From Callorhinchus milii (Eukaryota), in the NCBI RefSeq assembly GCF_018977255.1, contig NW_024704742.1:13084001-13148000 (forward strand): a DNA stretch of 64,000 bases, given 5' to 3'. A program made the translations under genes and the position numbers. Positions 1-12,738 of this stretch are shown here, in pieces; positions within the stretch are counted from its first letter, which is position 1; every line of letters starts with the position of its first letter. The notes under the pieces were generated by a model. It worked only from the letters and a program-made list of their open reading frames with translations. It did not search any database and was not told where the DNA came from.

Positions 1-29
1 TTACCAGTGTGGGTGGAAAATAAAACACA

Positions 30-80
30 TAAAATAAATAAAATAAAAATAAATTAAAAAATAAAATAAAGAAAATAAAA
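30..80 (+). repeat. (AAAAT)n-like A-rich simple repeat
   Basis: Direct reading: taaaataaataaaataaaaataaattaaaaaataaaataaa. Confidence 0.8.
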
Positions 81-654
81 GCATATATCTGCTTACCCTT
101 CTCAATGAAATGAACCTTGCTCCACAGTGTGTGGAGGAAGACTGCAGGATTGTTTAATAACCTGTCACCATCCTTAAATAAACAGCTTTACTAAACCAAG
201 TTCTTCCAAAGCTTTCTAAGCAGGGATTCTGGGTATGTGTTGAAGGCGCTGGGAGTGAGAATGTGACCTAGTTACATGCATTTTGTATATTCTGCTCTTC
301 GCCTATCAGTGTGTTTGAAATACCACAGAACATAATTAAACAATTATTGGCAAAGAAATATAATCAGGAAACAGATATGAAACAGATGTACAGTTGCACT
401 GAATGCTGAATTAACACAGCACAAACTATATAGAGAAGGTAACTCTAGTTGTATATAATGTAGAACTGAGATAGAAATAGTGAGATAAAGAGAAAATAAC
501 AAACACAAAAGAAGGGACCGAGCATGCAAGTTACCAACAGAGAAAGAGAACAAGAAGTGCAAAAACATGTAAATGATATATAGGTGGTAAAATTGTGATA
601 TTCTTAATGCATTCCTGAAATTAGTCTTGGTGTTAAATTAACTTCATGGTAGGT

Positions 655-875
655 GTCAGCCTGGCTCTTAACTTTGAATTGTTGGTTCAAACTCACATCA
701 GGACTTTGAATTCACAGTCTAGTCTGACAGTCCAGTACAGAGCTAAGAGTGTCATCCTTCAGATGAGACATTAAACTGAGGTCTCGTCTGCCTTTCAGTT
801 GGGTTAATTACCCATGCTACTACTCGAAAAGAGAAAGCAGTTTCTCCTGCTGTTTGAGTCAGCAATAAAAACTAA
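655..875 (+). mobile_element. Old Deu-domain SINE (SacSINE1/AmnSINE1-like), degraded fragment
   Basis: Contains the Deu-type block cagatgagacattaaactgaggtctcgtctgcc...cccatgctactactcgaaaagag, also present in the full-length copies at 58776-59266 and 63410-63803. Confidence 0.7.
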
Positions 876-1042
876 TCTGTCGCTTCAAAATTATTGAGGC
901 AACAGATTAGCTGGACTAGGAAAAGTCCAAGATGGCGATGGATCAATTTGAAAATTGGAGCCAGGATTTGGGAGAGGGGGAACATTGCATCCAGTGGACA
1001 ATTTGGGTATTACAGCAGGCCACATGCTCATTTAAGGAAAAG

Positions 1043-1174
1043 GCAAAATACTGCAGATGCTGAAAATACTGCAGATGTCTGACGAAAGGTCATCAACCTG
1101 AAATGTTAACTCATTTTCCTCTTTCCATAGATGCTGCCTGATTTAATGTTTGTTCCCAGTGACTTCTGTTTTTA
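1043..1174 (+). mobile_element. Penelope-type terminal repeat fragment with hammerhead-like core
   Basis: ctgacga-aaggtcatcaacct-gaaatgttaac followed by ccatagatgctgcctg...gacttctgttttt; same family as 18331-18571. Confidence 0.65.
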
Positions 1175-2317
1175 GCTCATTGAAGGAATGCATGAAGGAC
1201 AATCTCAAATTTACCCCATATATGATGACAGATTTAATGAGAAACCGTGGAGTAATGAGACAGGGAAAAAAATACTGCAAGTGAGTGTGTGAGAGAGAGT
1301 GTGCATGTGTGCTTGTCTGTGTCTGTGCAAAGTCTCCCTTATTTGTGTTTGTTTTTATGTTGGAACCTTTGAGGCTGTGTTGAAGTTATTTCTAGCTTCC
1401 TTTGCAATCTTTAGTCAGACTACAGAGCGACTTCAGTTTGCTACTTGCTTCTCAAACTCCCTCTAGTCCACCATTACAATTCTGAGCCTTCAGCTACAAA
1501 ACCTCTGACTTCTGGCAATTTGTTCCCAAAGCATTCTGACTCTTCTACCTTCTTTCAAATGTGTTTCAAAGATCTAACCCTTTGATTGTGCCTTCAGTCA
1601 ACTCTAAATTCCCCCTGCTTATTGCCAAGTGTTCATCTCCCCTGTTGTTAAATAATTGAAAGGGTCTTTCACATGATAAAGACACAATATAAATGCTGGC
1701 TGCTGCACTAATCGAGTCCTCTGGGTTTACTTTTACATGAATGCTTTCAGCTAAAAATAGATTTTGATTTGTCTGCAGCCACATTGTGAAAACATGTAAA
1801 AGGATATCATACGCTTGAAATAACTCAATGGAAATTCTGCAATCTCAACTCTGAAGCAATAAGATTAACTCAGACCAATTCACTCCTCTTCCTGGAACAA
1901 TGATCAGAGATTATTGTTATCTTTAAGCAAAGGTTTATTATTTCTTTTCCTGATCAGTAATGTGTTGCCTGACAGAACAAAGGACTCTTAACATCGGTGG
2001 AGCATAAAACCACTCAGAACATGTCAGGATAGTTCTTAATCTTAGACAGATGAGTGCATATTCCCTGCAAAGCACCCATAAATTGTAACAATTGATGACT
2101 TGTATTTTTACTGCACCTCTAGTTGATAACGAGGAGTAGAGATTGCCAAAGAGTGTGGGGTGTAAAGTGCAAAGGGGGAAACAGTTCAATGAAAGAGAGG
2201 TTCAGAAAGTGTGACTGGGGAAAAGGAAAGCTAAAAAAGGAGGTGAATCTGCCTCCGCGAGCAACATTGGCTCTGACTCCTTCTGAGCCTTTTTTTAATT
2301 GAGGTGACAATTGAGGG

Positions 2318-2440
2318 TCTGCCTGGGTCAGTTGTTAGCCCTCTTGCCTCCGAGTCAGAAGGTTGTATGTTCAAGACCCACTTTGGGACTTCAGACTCAT
2401 ATAATCTATGCTGATATGCCAATGCAGTGCTGGGGTTGTG
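2318..2440 (+). mobile_element. Old Deu-SINE tRNA-derived head
   Basis: tcagttgttagccctcttgcctccgagtcagaaggttgtatgttcaagaccc (box A/B-like), matching the heads of the full-length copies. Confidence 0.7.
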
Positions 2441-2442
2441 TC

Positions 2443-2757
2443 GCGTTGTCCTCTGAACTTCTCTCCCTCTGGCCCTCATCCCTCACTGCCCCCTCTTCTG
2501 CTCTCACCCTCCTCCACAACACCCTCTCCTCCACTCGACAATCTCGCCCCCATCACCTCCCGTACTGTCTCTTACGCTCGCTCCTCCCCCTGGTTTACCA
2601 CCCACCTCCGCTTACTGAAGAGCCAGGTGCGGGCCACTGAACGCACTTGCCTCAAATCTGGCCTAACGGTCCACCGACAAATCTGGCTGGACCTCCTCAA
2701 AACCTACTGCTCCACTCTAGCCTCGGCCAAGTCGTCCTTCTACTCCAGGATAATCCA
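2443..2757 (+). mobile_element. L2 LINE fragment (region between endonuclease and RT)
   Basis: Encodes APITSRT...PWFTTHLRLLKSQVRATERTCLKSGLTVHRQIW; close paralog of 52465-52773. Confidence 0.85.
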
Positions 2758-2859
2758 CTTTTAAAAGTCATACCACTTTTCAGCATATCCAGTAAAGCAT
2801 ATTATTATTATTATTATTATCTCTAGGAGTGGAGTCAGTCTGCAAATCTGCTCATGGTC

Positions 2860-2945
2860 ATGACCCAACTGTGCAGCGCCTTGGGACATCCTCCTGACGT
2901 GAAAGGCGCTCTATAAATGGAATCTTGTTGTTGTTGTTGTTGTTG
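2860..2945 (+). mobile_element. L2 3' tail stub with (TTG)n
   Basis: gcgccttgggacatcctcctgacgtgaaaggcgctctataaatggaatc(ttg)n, same as the 3' end of the L2 at 54630-54712. Confidence 0.85.
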
Positions 2946-3291
2946 CTCAATGAGAGTGTTTGATACTACTGTTGCGCAAAAAAGTGTTCGATCTCAGCAA
3001 TGATTTCAATAGACTTTTAATGGAAGCAATTTCACTCAGTTGGTAGGAGCTTGAGTTCAGACCATAAATATTGTGGATTCAAGTTCCATGTTGGATTTTG
3101 AAATCAGTGCTGGGAACAGAGCAGTTTTTTTTAACCGAATATTACCATTAAACACTCCCATATCAGGTACAACATGCCCAGCCTCAAACTTTCTTCTGTA
3201 CTGATGATACTCTTTAACCCCTGCAGTGCCAGTGTAAGTTTCTCCATTTCCCTCATTTCGGCCAAATATCTTTGCTCCTGTGAATCTGATT

Positions 3292-3626
3292 ATAATAATA
3301 ATAATCGTTGTATGTGATATAGCACCTGATCACATCGTTGAGACATCACAAAGTGCTTCACAGAATATACTATAAAGTGAATTGACTGTATTATGTTTTC
3401 TGAAATTCCGCACGGCAGTGTCCCACAAACAGTCATGGATTGAGTGACCACATTTTTTGGGGGGAAGGGATTATTACACCTGGAAAGCGATCCGCCAATT
3501 GACTAACAACTGGTTCCTACTTACCTTTGGTAAACAGAGATGTGTGGAATAAGGAAACATGCCAAAAGTTTCATTGCATCCTATCGCTTGCCAGGCACAC
3601 ATGCTAACCACAATGCAACAGGACTC
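3292..3626 (-). mobile_element. Young-family tRNA-headed SINE, long form (diverged copy)
   Basis: (ATT)n tail, shared 3' block and head end (caggactc on +) match the other copies. Confidence 0.8.
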
Positions 3627-3967
3627 CACAAGTGAAGGATTAGTAAAGGATTCTGTCCGCCCTCTGTGAGATTTTATGCCCTTATTAGACCTTATTTTGT
3701 GCTGTAATAAAAATAATAATTATTATTATCCTTGCGTTTGATATTGTGCCTATAACGTTGAGAATGGCTCAAAGCCAAAGGCTCACAAGTGTTTCTGTCA
3801 AGTCTAGTGACTGTCTAGTGACTGGTCATGACTATGTAGGCAAACACAGCAGACAACAATCTGCACACAGCAACATCCCTGCATCCACTACTAACTAATT
3901 GAGTAGACTGACTTGGCCTAAATCATGTCATAAAGGACTCTTAGAAACAACAAGGAAGGATATTTTT

Positions 3968-5739
3968 AATCATAGAATCACAGAGTCATACAGCACAGAA
4001 AGAGGCCATTCGGCCCTTCATGTCTGTGCCAGCTCCGAAAAGAGCAATCCAACTCAATCCCACTGGCCCACTTACTCTCCATAGCCCTGCAATCCTGTCC
4101 TCCCCAAATACCCATCTACTTCTCTCTGTTATTGAATCAGCATCCACCTTCAGGTAATGTATTCCAGATCCGAACAACTCGTTCGGTGAATTTTTTTTTC
4201 CTAACCTCCCCTCTGTTTCTTTTAACAACTAACTTAATTCGGTTTCTCAGGTTTCTGACCCACATGTCAGTGGAAACAGTTTTTCCTGGTTCAACCTATC
4301 AAATCCTCTCATGATCTTGAAAATCTCTATTAAATCCCCTCTTAATCTTCTCTGTTCCAGGGAGAATAATCCTAGTTTCGCTAATCTCTCCTCATAACTA
4401 AGGTCCTTCATTCCCGGTACCATCCTGGTAAACCTCCTTTGCACTCTCCAATGCCCTAACATCTTTCCTAAAGTGCGATGCCCAGAACTGAATGCAGTAC
4501 TCCAACTGAGGCCATACCAGCATTTTATAAATATTCAACATAACCTCCTGACATTTGAATTCTATGCCCCTATTTATAAAACCTAGTATCCCGTAGGCTT
4601 TTTTAACAGCTTTATCTACCTGTCTTGCCACCTTCAGAGATTTGCTTATGTGGACCCCCCGGTCACTCTGTTCATTTGCCCCCTTTAAGATTGTACCATC
4701 TAACTTATAACTGCCTCTCCTCATTCTTCCTACCAAAATGCAACACTTAGTATTTCTCCACATTAAATCTCATCTGCCACATTTTTGCCCATTTTACCAA
4801 TCTGTCTAAGTCCTCTTGGAGTCTGGTGCTACCTTCCTCAACATTAACTACTTTTCCAAGCTTAGTATTGTTGGAAATTGTGCTCCCTATATCCAGGTCC
4901 AGATGCTTAATATAGATCAGAAAGAGCAGTGGCCCCAATACAGACCCCTGAGGGATACCACTACACACCTCCCTCCAGTCAGAAAAACAACCGTTTACTA
5001 CCACTCTCTGCTTTCTGTCTCCTAGCCAGTTCTGCATCCATGTTGCCACAGTCCCTTTAATACCGTGGACTTCTACTTGTGGCTTGTGGCACTTTGTCAA
5101 ATGCCTTTTGAAAATCTAGATAAACTACCTTCATCCACCCTCTCAGTCACTTCATCAATAAATTCTATAGGTTTGTCAGACACGATCTGCCTTTAACAAA
5201 TCTGTGTTGACTGTCCTTTATTAAGCCATATTTTTCTAAGTGAGAATTTATATTGTCCCGGATTATAGTCTCCAGAAGTTTCCCTACTAATGATGTTAGG
5301 CTGATTGGCCTGTAGTTCTCAGGTTTGTCCTTCTGCCCCTTTTTGTACAGGGGAGTAACATTTGCAACCTTCCAGTCCTCTGGCACCACTCCAGTGTCCA
5401 AAGAGGATTGAAAGATTGTGGCCAGAGCTTCCGCTATTTCCACCTTTGCTTCCCTCAGTAGCCTAGGATGCATCCCGTCCAGACCAGGTGACTTATCTAT
5501 GTTGAGCACCGACAGCCTTTTTAGTACCTCCTCTCTCTTGATTTTTATCATATCCAATTTCTGTTCACACGCCTGCGATATTGTGGCATTGGTTGCATCG
5601 TCTTCTTTTGTGAAGACAGTTGCAAAGTACTTATTTAGTACATCAGCCATACCCTCTGCCTCAACAAGACGATTTCCACTTGGGTCTCTAATTGGACCCA
5701 CCCTACCTTTGACTAACCTTTTACTCTTGATGCATCTGT
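3968..5739 (-). mobile_element. CR1 LINE, 5'-truncated and frameshifted RT fragment
   Basis: ORFs carry [58 protein letters not shown]; 3' (ATTCTATG)-type tail; the FADD catalytic motif is deleted. Confidence 0.95.
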
Positions 5740-6129
5740 TTTGCTTGGATTTATGCCCAGGTCACTCACAGAAATTCAGGATAGTATAGAAACTCACTGA
5801 GGAGCTTCCCTTTACCCAAATTACCCTGTGTACGATTGGTTGCCAGCTGGTATGGAATCATCTTTATTTTTGATTGCAACTCTGTTTTGTATTTTCTTCA
5901 TTTCCATCTCCTATTGCTTTGAGAATTAACTGTTAAGAAATCAAATTAGTGCAGAGTGTTGAGATGTCTGAGCATTTGTGTAGGGCATGGCAAGAATGTT
6001 TTTGGACTCCCACAGAAAAAGTTAGATTGAATCCTGTTTGTTATTTTTATTCTCTGTAGAATCTCAAAGTTTTTTTGATCTCGGGAAGAGACTTATTATT
6101 AAAATTGTATCCACTCTATTCACATAGGT

Positions 6130-7240
6130 CATTGTGCAGAGGCGCTGGCGTGAGCCAATCAGGAGGGCCTCAGTCTTGTTCACATTCAACTGTAGGAAAT
6201 TTTCCCTCATCCAGGACTTGATGTCCGACAGGCAGTCTGTCAGCACAGCAGTGGTCCTGGAGTTGAGGGCGGAGGCAGAAAGATAGAGTTGGGTGTCATC
6301 CGCATACATGTGTAAGTTGACCCCATGTCTGCGGATGATGTCACCAAGGGGGAGCATGTAGACATTAAAGAGGAGAGGGCCAAGGACAGAACCCTGGGGG
6401 ACGCCAGATGTGACAGTGCAGGGACTGGAGGAGAAACTGTTAGAGGCAACAAAGTGGAGACGGTGAGGAGATAGGAATTGAACCAGGCAAGGGCAGGTCC
6501 GCGAAGATTGAGTAAAGTGGAGAGGCGGTGTATGAGGATGGAGTGGTCAACAGTGTCGAAGGTGACAGAGAGGTCGAGGAGGACAAGGAGGCAGAGGGAG
6601 TCCTGATCACAGATGTTCAGAATGTCATTAGTGACTTCGACCAGGGCTGTTTCCGTGCTGTGGGCAGCGCGGAAACCGGATTGGAGGGGTTCAAAGAGGG
6701 AATGGCGAGAAAGAAAGGAGCGGAGCTGTGACACGATGACTCGTTCCAGGACCTTGGAGAGGAATGGGAGGTTAGAGATGGGGCAGTAGCTGGAGTGAAG
6801 GGATAGATCCAGGGAAGTTTTTTTCAAGATGGGTGTGATGATGGCTGTTTTTAGGGGGTTAGGAACTGAACTGGTGGACAACGAGAGGTTGATGATGTCA
6901 GACAGGACAGGGGCCAGAAGGTGGAGCTGGGTGATGAGTAGAGAGGTGGGGATGGGATCGAGGGAGCAGGTGGTGGATTTGAGTTTGCGGATAGTCGTGG
7001 TGAGGGAGGAGGGAGAGATAGGGTCAAAGGAGTATAGGGAGGGATGGATGGGGGGGTGAGTCATGATGGAGAGGTGACGTGGCTGTGGACGTGGCTGAGG
7101 TGGCTGAACGTATCCCCTTTATTTTGGATTCGAGGAAGTCCAGCATCTCCTCGCAGTTGGAGTTTGAGGAGAGGATGGGCGAGGCATGGGAAGGTGGATG
7201 GAGAAGACGGCTTGTGGTGGAAAAGAGAAGCCTGGGGAAA
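6130..7240 (-). mobile_element. L2 LINE RT fragment
   Basis: [53 protein letters not shown]. Confidence 0.95.
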
Positions 7241-7254
7241 AGGAAGAGTTGGGG

Positions 7255-7845
7255 AGAGTTGGGAAGGCCATGAGGAGGGAGTTTCCGTAATCGAACCTTG
7301 ATGTGACGAATGTGTGGGTGAGGGTTTTGGCAGCCTGAGGGGTGAGGCAGTGGCGGGGTCTGGCAATGTTGCGGAGGTGGTGGTAGGCAGTGCCGGTCAT
7401 GGCGTGGATGTGGAGGAGAAAGGACAGTTCAGGGTCAAACAAGACACACAGGTTCCTGACTGGCTTAGTGAGGTTGAGTGTGCAGCTGTGGAGGCTGATG
7501 CTGCCAGCGCCTGAGGTGCGGAGGCGCTGGCGTGAGCCAATCAGGAGGGCCTCAGTCTTGCTGACGTTGAGTTGGAGAAAGTTGTCACTCGTCCAGGACT
7601 TGATGTCGGACAGGCAGTCGGTCAGGACGCCAGTAGTCCTGGAGTTGAGGGTGGAGGCAGAGAGGTAGAGTTGGGTGTCATCCCCATATATGTAGAAATT
7701 TACCCCATGTCTGCGGATGATGTCACCAAGGGGGAGCATGTAGAGGATAAAATGGGGGGACCGAGGACAGAGCCGAGGAACACCATGAAATGGTGCGTGG
7801 GCTGGAGGAGAAGCCGTTTGCTGCGACGAAGTGGAGGCAGTGCTA
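7255..7845 (-). mobile_element. Second L2 RT fragment, abutting the previous one
   Basis: [25 protein letters not shown]...[13 protein letters not shown]. Confidence 0.9.
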
Positions 7846-7869
7846 AAAAAAGATAAGAGTAAATCTAGA

Positions 7870-8055
7870 TCCAGGTGGAATTTTTTCCCTTTGTCAGGAG
7901 GACGTGAACGATGTCATGGCATTATTTGAAAAGGGGAGTTTCTCCTGGTGTCCTGGTCAACCATTGCCAGATAATAATTGGTCATTCACTTAATGGCTTT
8001 TTGTGGAACATTGCCATGCGCGTTTGCCTACAAAATACATAGTTACTGCAGCTCA
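7870..8055 (+). mobile_element. Old Deu-SINE 3' half, followed by an antisense L2 tail stub (8056-8105)
   Basis: catggcattatttgaaaaggggagtttctcctggtgtcctggtcaac...tttgtggaacattgcc. Confidence 0.7.
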
Positions 8056-8547
8056 CAACAACAATGTATTACATTTGTATAGCGCCTTTCACGTCAGGAG
8101 AACATCACAAGATGCTATAAGACACTACCACGTGTGAAGGGCCCTGAATAAATACAAGTTGGTGTGGATGTTGTAAAATTTTGTGAAGTGCTTTGCAATG
8201 TCTCAACGCCACTATACCAAATGCAAGGAATACAATATTGTTACAGCCAGTGGAATCAAATCTCAGTAAGATTTCGCTTACACTATCAAAGGGAAACAAT
8301 TCAATAGAAATATTGCATGGTGTGGGGAAAAAGAAGATTAATGAGCTGGAAGCTTTGTTGGGGTTGTATGAGAGTGTGTAAGAGAGTGTATAGATGTGTA
8401 AGAGAATGCTCCTTGACCTCTCCTCCACCACCTCTCCTGTCACCTCAACCTTCATAGCTCTTTCCTTGAATGGTTCAGATCCTACCTCTCACATCGTCTC
8501 CACTTCATCTTCACAAACTCTAGCCCCCGCATCGTCCCGTGCGGCAT

Positions 8548-9000
8548 TCATAAGAACATAAGAACATAAGAATTAGGAGCAGGAGTAGGCCATTCGGCCC
8601 CTCGAGCCTGCCCCACCATTCGATAAGATCATGGCTGATCTTCTGACCTAACTAATTACCTGCCCTATCCCGTCTATATTTTTAAAATAATAATAATAAT
8701 CCTTGCATTTGGTATAGCTCTTTTCACGTCGGAAGGACATCCCAAAGTGCTTCACAGAACACACTGTAAAGTGAATTGACTGTATATTTGTGGGCGAACG
8801 CGGCAGCCAATTGCGCACAGCAATGTCCCACAAATAGTCATGGATTGAAAATGACCAATTTATTATTGTTTTTTTTGGAGGGATTGTTATTAGGCGTGTG
8901 GAGTAAGGAAACTTGCCCAAGGTTTCGCCCTGCCTGGAATCTATCAGTCTCAGCCTTGAAAGTGTTCAAGGACTGAACATCTACAACCTTCTGGGAATTC
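8548..9000 (-). mobile_element. CR1 3' end fragment (split by a SINE)
   Basis: cataagaacataagaacataagaattaggagcaggagtaggccattcggcccctcgagcc; resumes after the SINE at ctatcagtctcagccttgaa. Confidence 0.85.
8687..8940 (-). mobile_element. Young SINE, short form, 5'-truncated
   Basis: Near-identical to 43663-43977 from the T-arm onwards. Confidence 0.9.
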
Positions 9001-10864
9001 ACTACCTCAGGGCTCTGTCCTTGGTCCCCTCCTCGTCAATGCAGTGACATCATCTGTAGACATGGGATCAACTTCCACATGTATACGGATGACACCCACC
9101 TCTACCTCTCTGCCTCCAACCTTGACTCCAGAACCACTGCAGTCCTGACAGAAGATCTGTTAGACGTCAAGACTTGGATGAGAGCCAACTTTCTACAATT
9201 AAACTCCAACAAGACCAAGGCCCTCCTGATTGAATCCCGTCAGCATCTCCACACCTCAGGCACTGACAGCATCACCATCCAAGGACGAACACCTCACGGA
9301 GCCAGTCCGGAACCTTGGCATCTTGTTTGACCCTCAACCGTCCTTTCTACCCCACATCCGTGCCATGACCAGCTTTGCATTCCCCCACCTCCGCAACATT
9401 GCTCAGCTCCACCACTATCTCACACCGCAGCCTGACGAGTCCCTCATACACGCATTCATAACATCGAGGTTCGACTATGCAAACCCCCTGCTTGTCAGCC
9501 TCCCCAACTCCTCCCTCCATAGATTGCAGATCATCCAGAACTCTGCAGCCCATGTTCTCTCTCGCACCAGGCTCCACGACCCTATCACCCCCATCCTCGC
9601 CCAACTCCATTGGCTTCCCATCACACAAAGGATACAGTTCAAGATTCTGGTCCTCACTTTCAAAGCCCTCCATAGCCTTGCTCCTCCCTACCTCAGCGAC
9701 ATCCTAACCCACCACCAACCTGCCCACTCAGCTTAGCGGGCTCCGGCCTGCTTCCGTTCCCCTGCCTCGCCTGCCCCACTATTGGCCATTAGCCACTCTG
9801 CCCTCTGGAACTCCATCCCGCAGTCTCTTTGCCTCCTTCAGGACATGTCTCAAGACCCTCCTCTTTGACTGTGCCTTCGGTCACCCTCCTTCCCCCCCTG
9901 CCCGCCACCCTCCTCGATTCCGACCCTCAGCTCAGGTCCGAAACACTGATTGTCCAGCACCTTGGCATGTCCTCCCGATGTGAAAGGCGCTAAACAAATG
10001 TCACTTTATTGTTGTTGTTGTATAGATGTGTAAGAGAGCGGACAACTTTTTGAATGTGTATGTTTGTACAGCGGGGAGCAAAGTTGTCCATCAATAGAGC
10101 AATGTGGAGCAAGGAACCTGGTTTATACTTCACCCTCTTTATCATGTTGCATTGGAGAAATATAAAAAACACACTTGGTTCTGCACTTAAGTGTTCACAG
10201 TGAGGATCACTCTGCTCTTGACTCCACCTCCTCTGGGTGATGTCAGACGCAGGGCTCCAATGCAATTCCTGCACGTTGAACCTCCATTTACACTGCAGGA
10301 TTGACAGCTCTCGCCACAAAGCAAATCGTTTTGCTGAAAAAAACTTGCAGTGTAATCACAGAATTACTCTTTCAAGTCTTAACAATTTCTTACAGAGTTT
10401 ATTGTGTCCTGTATAGTTCCACTTATAATGACATGTGCGTTTGCTACTCTTGGCATTCTAAGGTAAATACACTGGTGTTTCTTAGACCATAAAATGGTCT
10501 TAAAAAAAACTGCCTCTCTACATCCACCACTGGCTAGCCTTACTGCTACTTTTACCTGTTGTTGAGAGAGTTTATTTAAGTATAGTTGCCGCTAACAGCA
10601 GAATGTCATCTTGTGAACAAACTACATTGCAGCATGAGTGTGATCAATGATCTCCAATCCATTAATGAATGGTCAGCATGCGACTGAGAAAACTATTCTG
10701 AAATGTTGCAACAAAACCAAACACAGACCCAGAAATTTTTGGAAGTACCTTGCATCATTCCTCAGGAGCTCACAAATAATTGTTAGTTTCCTGTCTTGTT
10801 CCCTAATCCTTACATGCATGTTTAATCCTTATTGATTTCCCTTTTGTCACAACAAGTTCATTTG

Positions 10865-11400
10865 ACAACAACAACTTGCATTTATATAGCTCCCCTCATG
10901 CAGGGCACCGTTACAGAACGTTGACAGTGGCAGAGAATGACACCAAGCTGGGGGGGAGGTGACCGTAGGCACAGTCGAAGAGGAAAGTAGGTCTTTAGGT
11001 GCAATCTGAAGATGGGGAAGGAAGCAGCAAGGCAGAGGAATAGAGGAAAAGTGTTCCAGACTTTCGGGGCATAGTGGCTGAATGCGAGGTCACCAATGGT
11101 GGAACGCAGTGCATGAGGGACATGCAGAAGGCCGGAGCCAGTCGAGTGGAGGTAGTTAGTTGTGGGTTGGAGAATAAGCAAGTTGGAGAGGTAAGGAGGT
11201 GCTAGGGCATGAAGGGATTTGGAAACATTTGTGAAGAACTTTAATCGATCTGTTCGGTGATAGGGAGCCATTGGAGCCTGTTTAGAACTGGTATGATGGG
11301 GGAACGGAGTTTAGTACGTGAGTATGCGGGCGGCGGAGCTTTGGATCAACTCGATTTTGGTGGATGGTGGAGCTGGGGAGACGGATGAGGAAGGCATCTG
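10865..11400 (-). mobile_element. Older L2 3' fragment
   Basis: KSLHALAPPYLSNLL...AFSHYAPKVWN; (CAA)n tail on + strand. Confidence 0.85.
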
Positions 11401-11604
11401 AATCACCATTTGACTTCGCTTTCAGTCACTTCCCTGCAAATCCACCCTACTCAGCTCCCCCGCCCCCCACCGAACCAGGCTGAGGTGCTTAGCGAACTGT
11501 GTAAAGTGCTTTGAGAGGCCTCCTGATATAAAAGATACTATGTAAACATAAATTATATCTGTGACAGGCTTCAGAGTTGTAATTTCTCTCTTCTGACCAA
11601 TGTT

Positions 11605-11708
11605 AATAATCCTTGCATTAGATGTAGCACCTTATCATGTCTTTGAGACATCTCAAAGCGCTTCACAGAATATACTGTAAAGTGAACTGACTGTATATTT
11701 TGTGGGTG
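11605..11708 (-). mobile_element. SINE 3' fragment
   Basis: taataatccttgcattagatgtagcacc...gcgcttcacagaatatactgtaaagtg. Confidence 0.8.
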
Positions 11709-12559
11709 TTAATGATAAAGGTTACAAATAAAAGTTACAAATTAAAACTTTTTCCCATTGCTTTTCAATCAGCCATATCAGAAATGAAAGTTATCTCCCC
11801 ATTATCACCAGGCTCCTTGCATTCCCAATGAATTAACTTTGAGATCCTTGCCCTCACTTTCAAATCCATTCACAATCTTATCCCTCCTTATCCCTTCCTC
11901 CCTCGATCAGCAACCAAGCTTATCGCCACTATGACTTGCTTTGTGGAACTCTCTCCCAAAATGCCTTCATCTTGCCCCTTCCCTTCCCTTTCAAGTAAGA
12001 TATCAAAGCCAAGCAGCCACATCTCCTTACTTGCATTTGGATGAAAATCGTAAACCTTTTTTACAAATGGACTATATACAGTGGATCCATCTGGCCTTAC
12101 ATTGATTTAATGAACTCACATGTCGCTCGCCAGATCAGCTCTTGGGTGATGGCTAGTTAGTGCCCTTAAAAAAATGGCTGACTTCCAGGTCATAAGGTCA
12201 CTTCACTTCCTGTTCATGAGCAGGAAGTGGCATCGGTGGTAACCTCATGGTGACCATCGATGGAAGTTGGCCAATGTTAGTGTATGGGGATTGTATGCAC
12301 AGTGAATGGGGATCGGTGCACATTTTGTGTCACTTCACTTGTAGTGTCATAGCGTCAGGCTCTACCACTGTTAAGCACTCTGAGACCCTACCCTGAGTGG
12401 AAGGTGCTATATAAGTGCACGTTGATGTTGTTCTTGTTTTAGTACTTTGAGACATCTATTTGATATGCTAGGCTCCATATCAAATATAAGGAGTATTATT
12501 ACTGTATCACCAGCTGCAATTTTGGGCCATATAAAAATAGCGTCCTGGCAAACAATCCC

Positions 12560-12738
12560 TTGGATAAAATTGGTCATGCACTTCATTGCTGTTTGTGGGG
12601 CAACGTTATGTGCAAATTGGCTGCTGTGTTCACCAACAAAATAGTCCGTACACTTTACAGTAAATCCTGTGAAGTGCTGTGAGATGTTTTGATGATGTGA
12701 TAAGGTGCTATATCAAATGCAAGAATTTATTATTATTA
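12560..12738 (+). mobile_element. Deu-SINE 3' fragment
   Basis: cattgctgtttgtggg...aaattggctgc...tatcaaatgcaagaatttattatt. Confidence 0.8.

Larger units (their letters stand above)
8408..10020 (+). mobile_element. L2 LINE 3' part, interrupted at 8548-9004 by a CR1 tail and a SINE
   Basis: RT C-terminus (MYTDDTHLY; LHWLPITQRIQFKIL) and (TTG)n tail; the [10 protein letters not shown] coding sequence is split across the insert. Confidence 0.9.

Noticed and set aside
97..172. Minus-strand exon candidate (DGDRLLNNPAVFLHTLWSKVHFIEK) with a gtaag donor
   Set aside because: Weak acceptor, unrecognised peptide, and at the window edge so it cannot be linked to anything.
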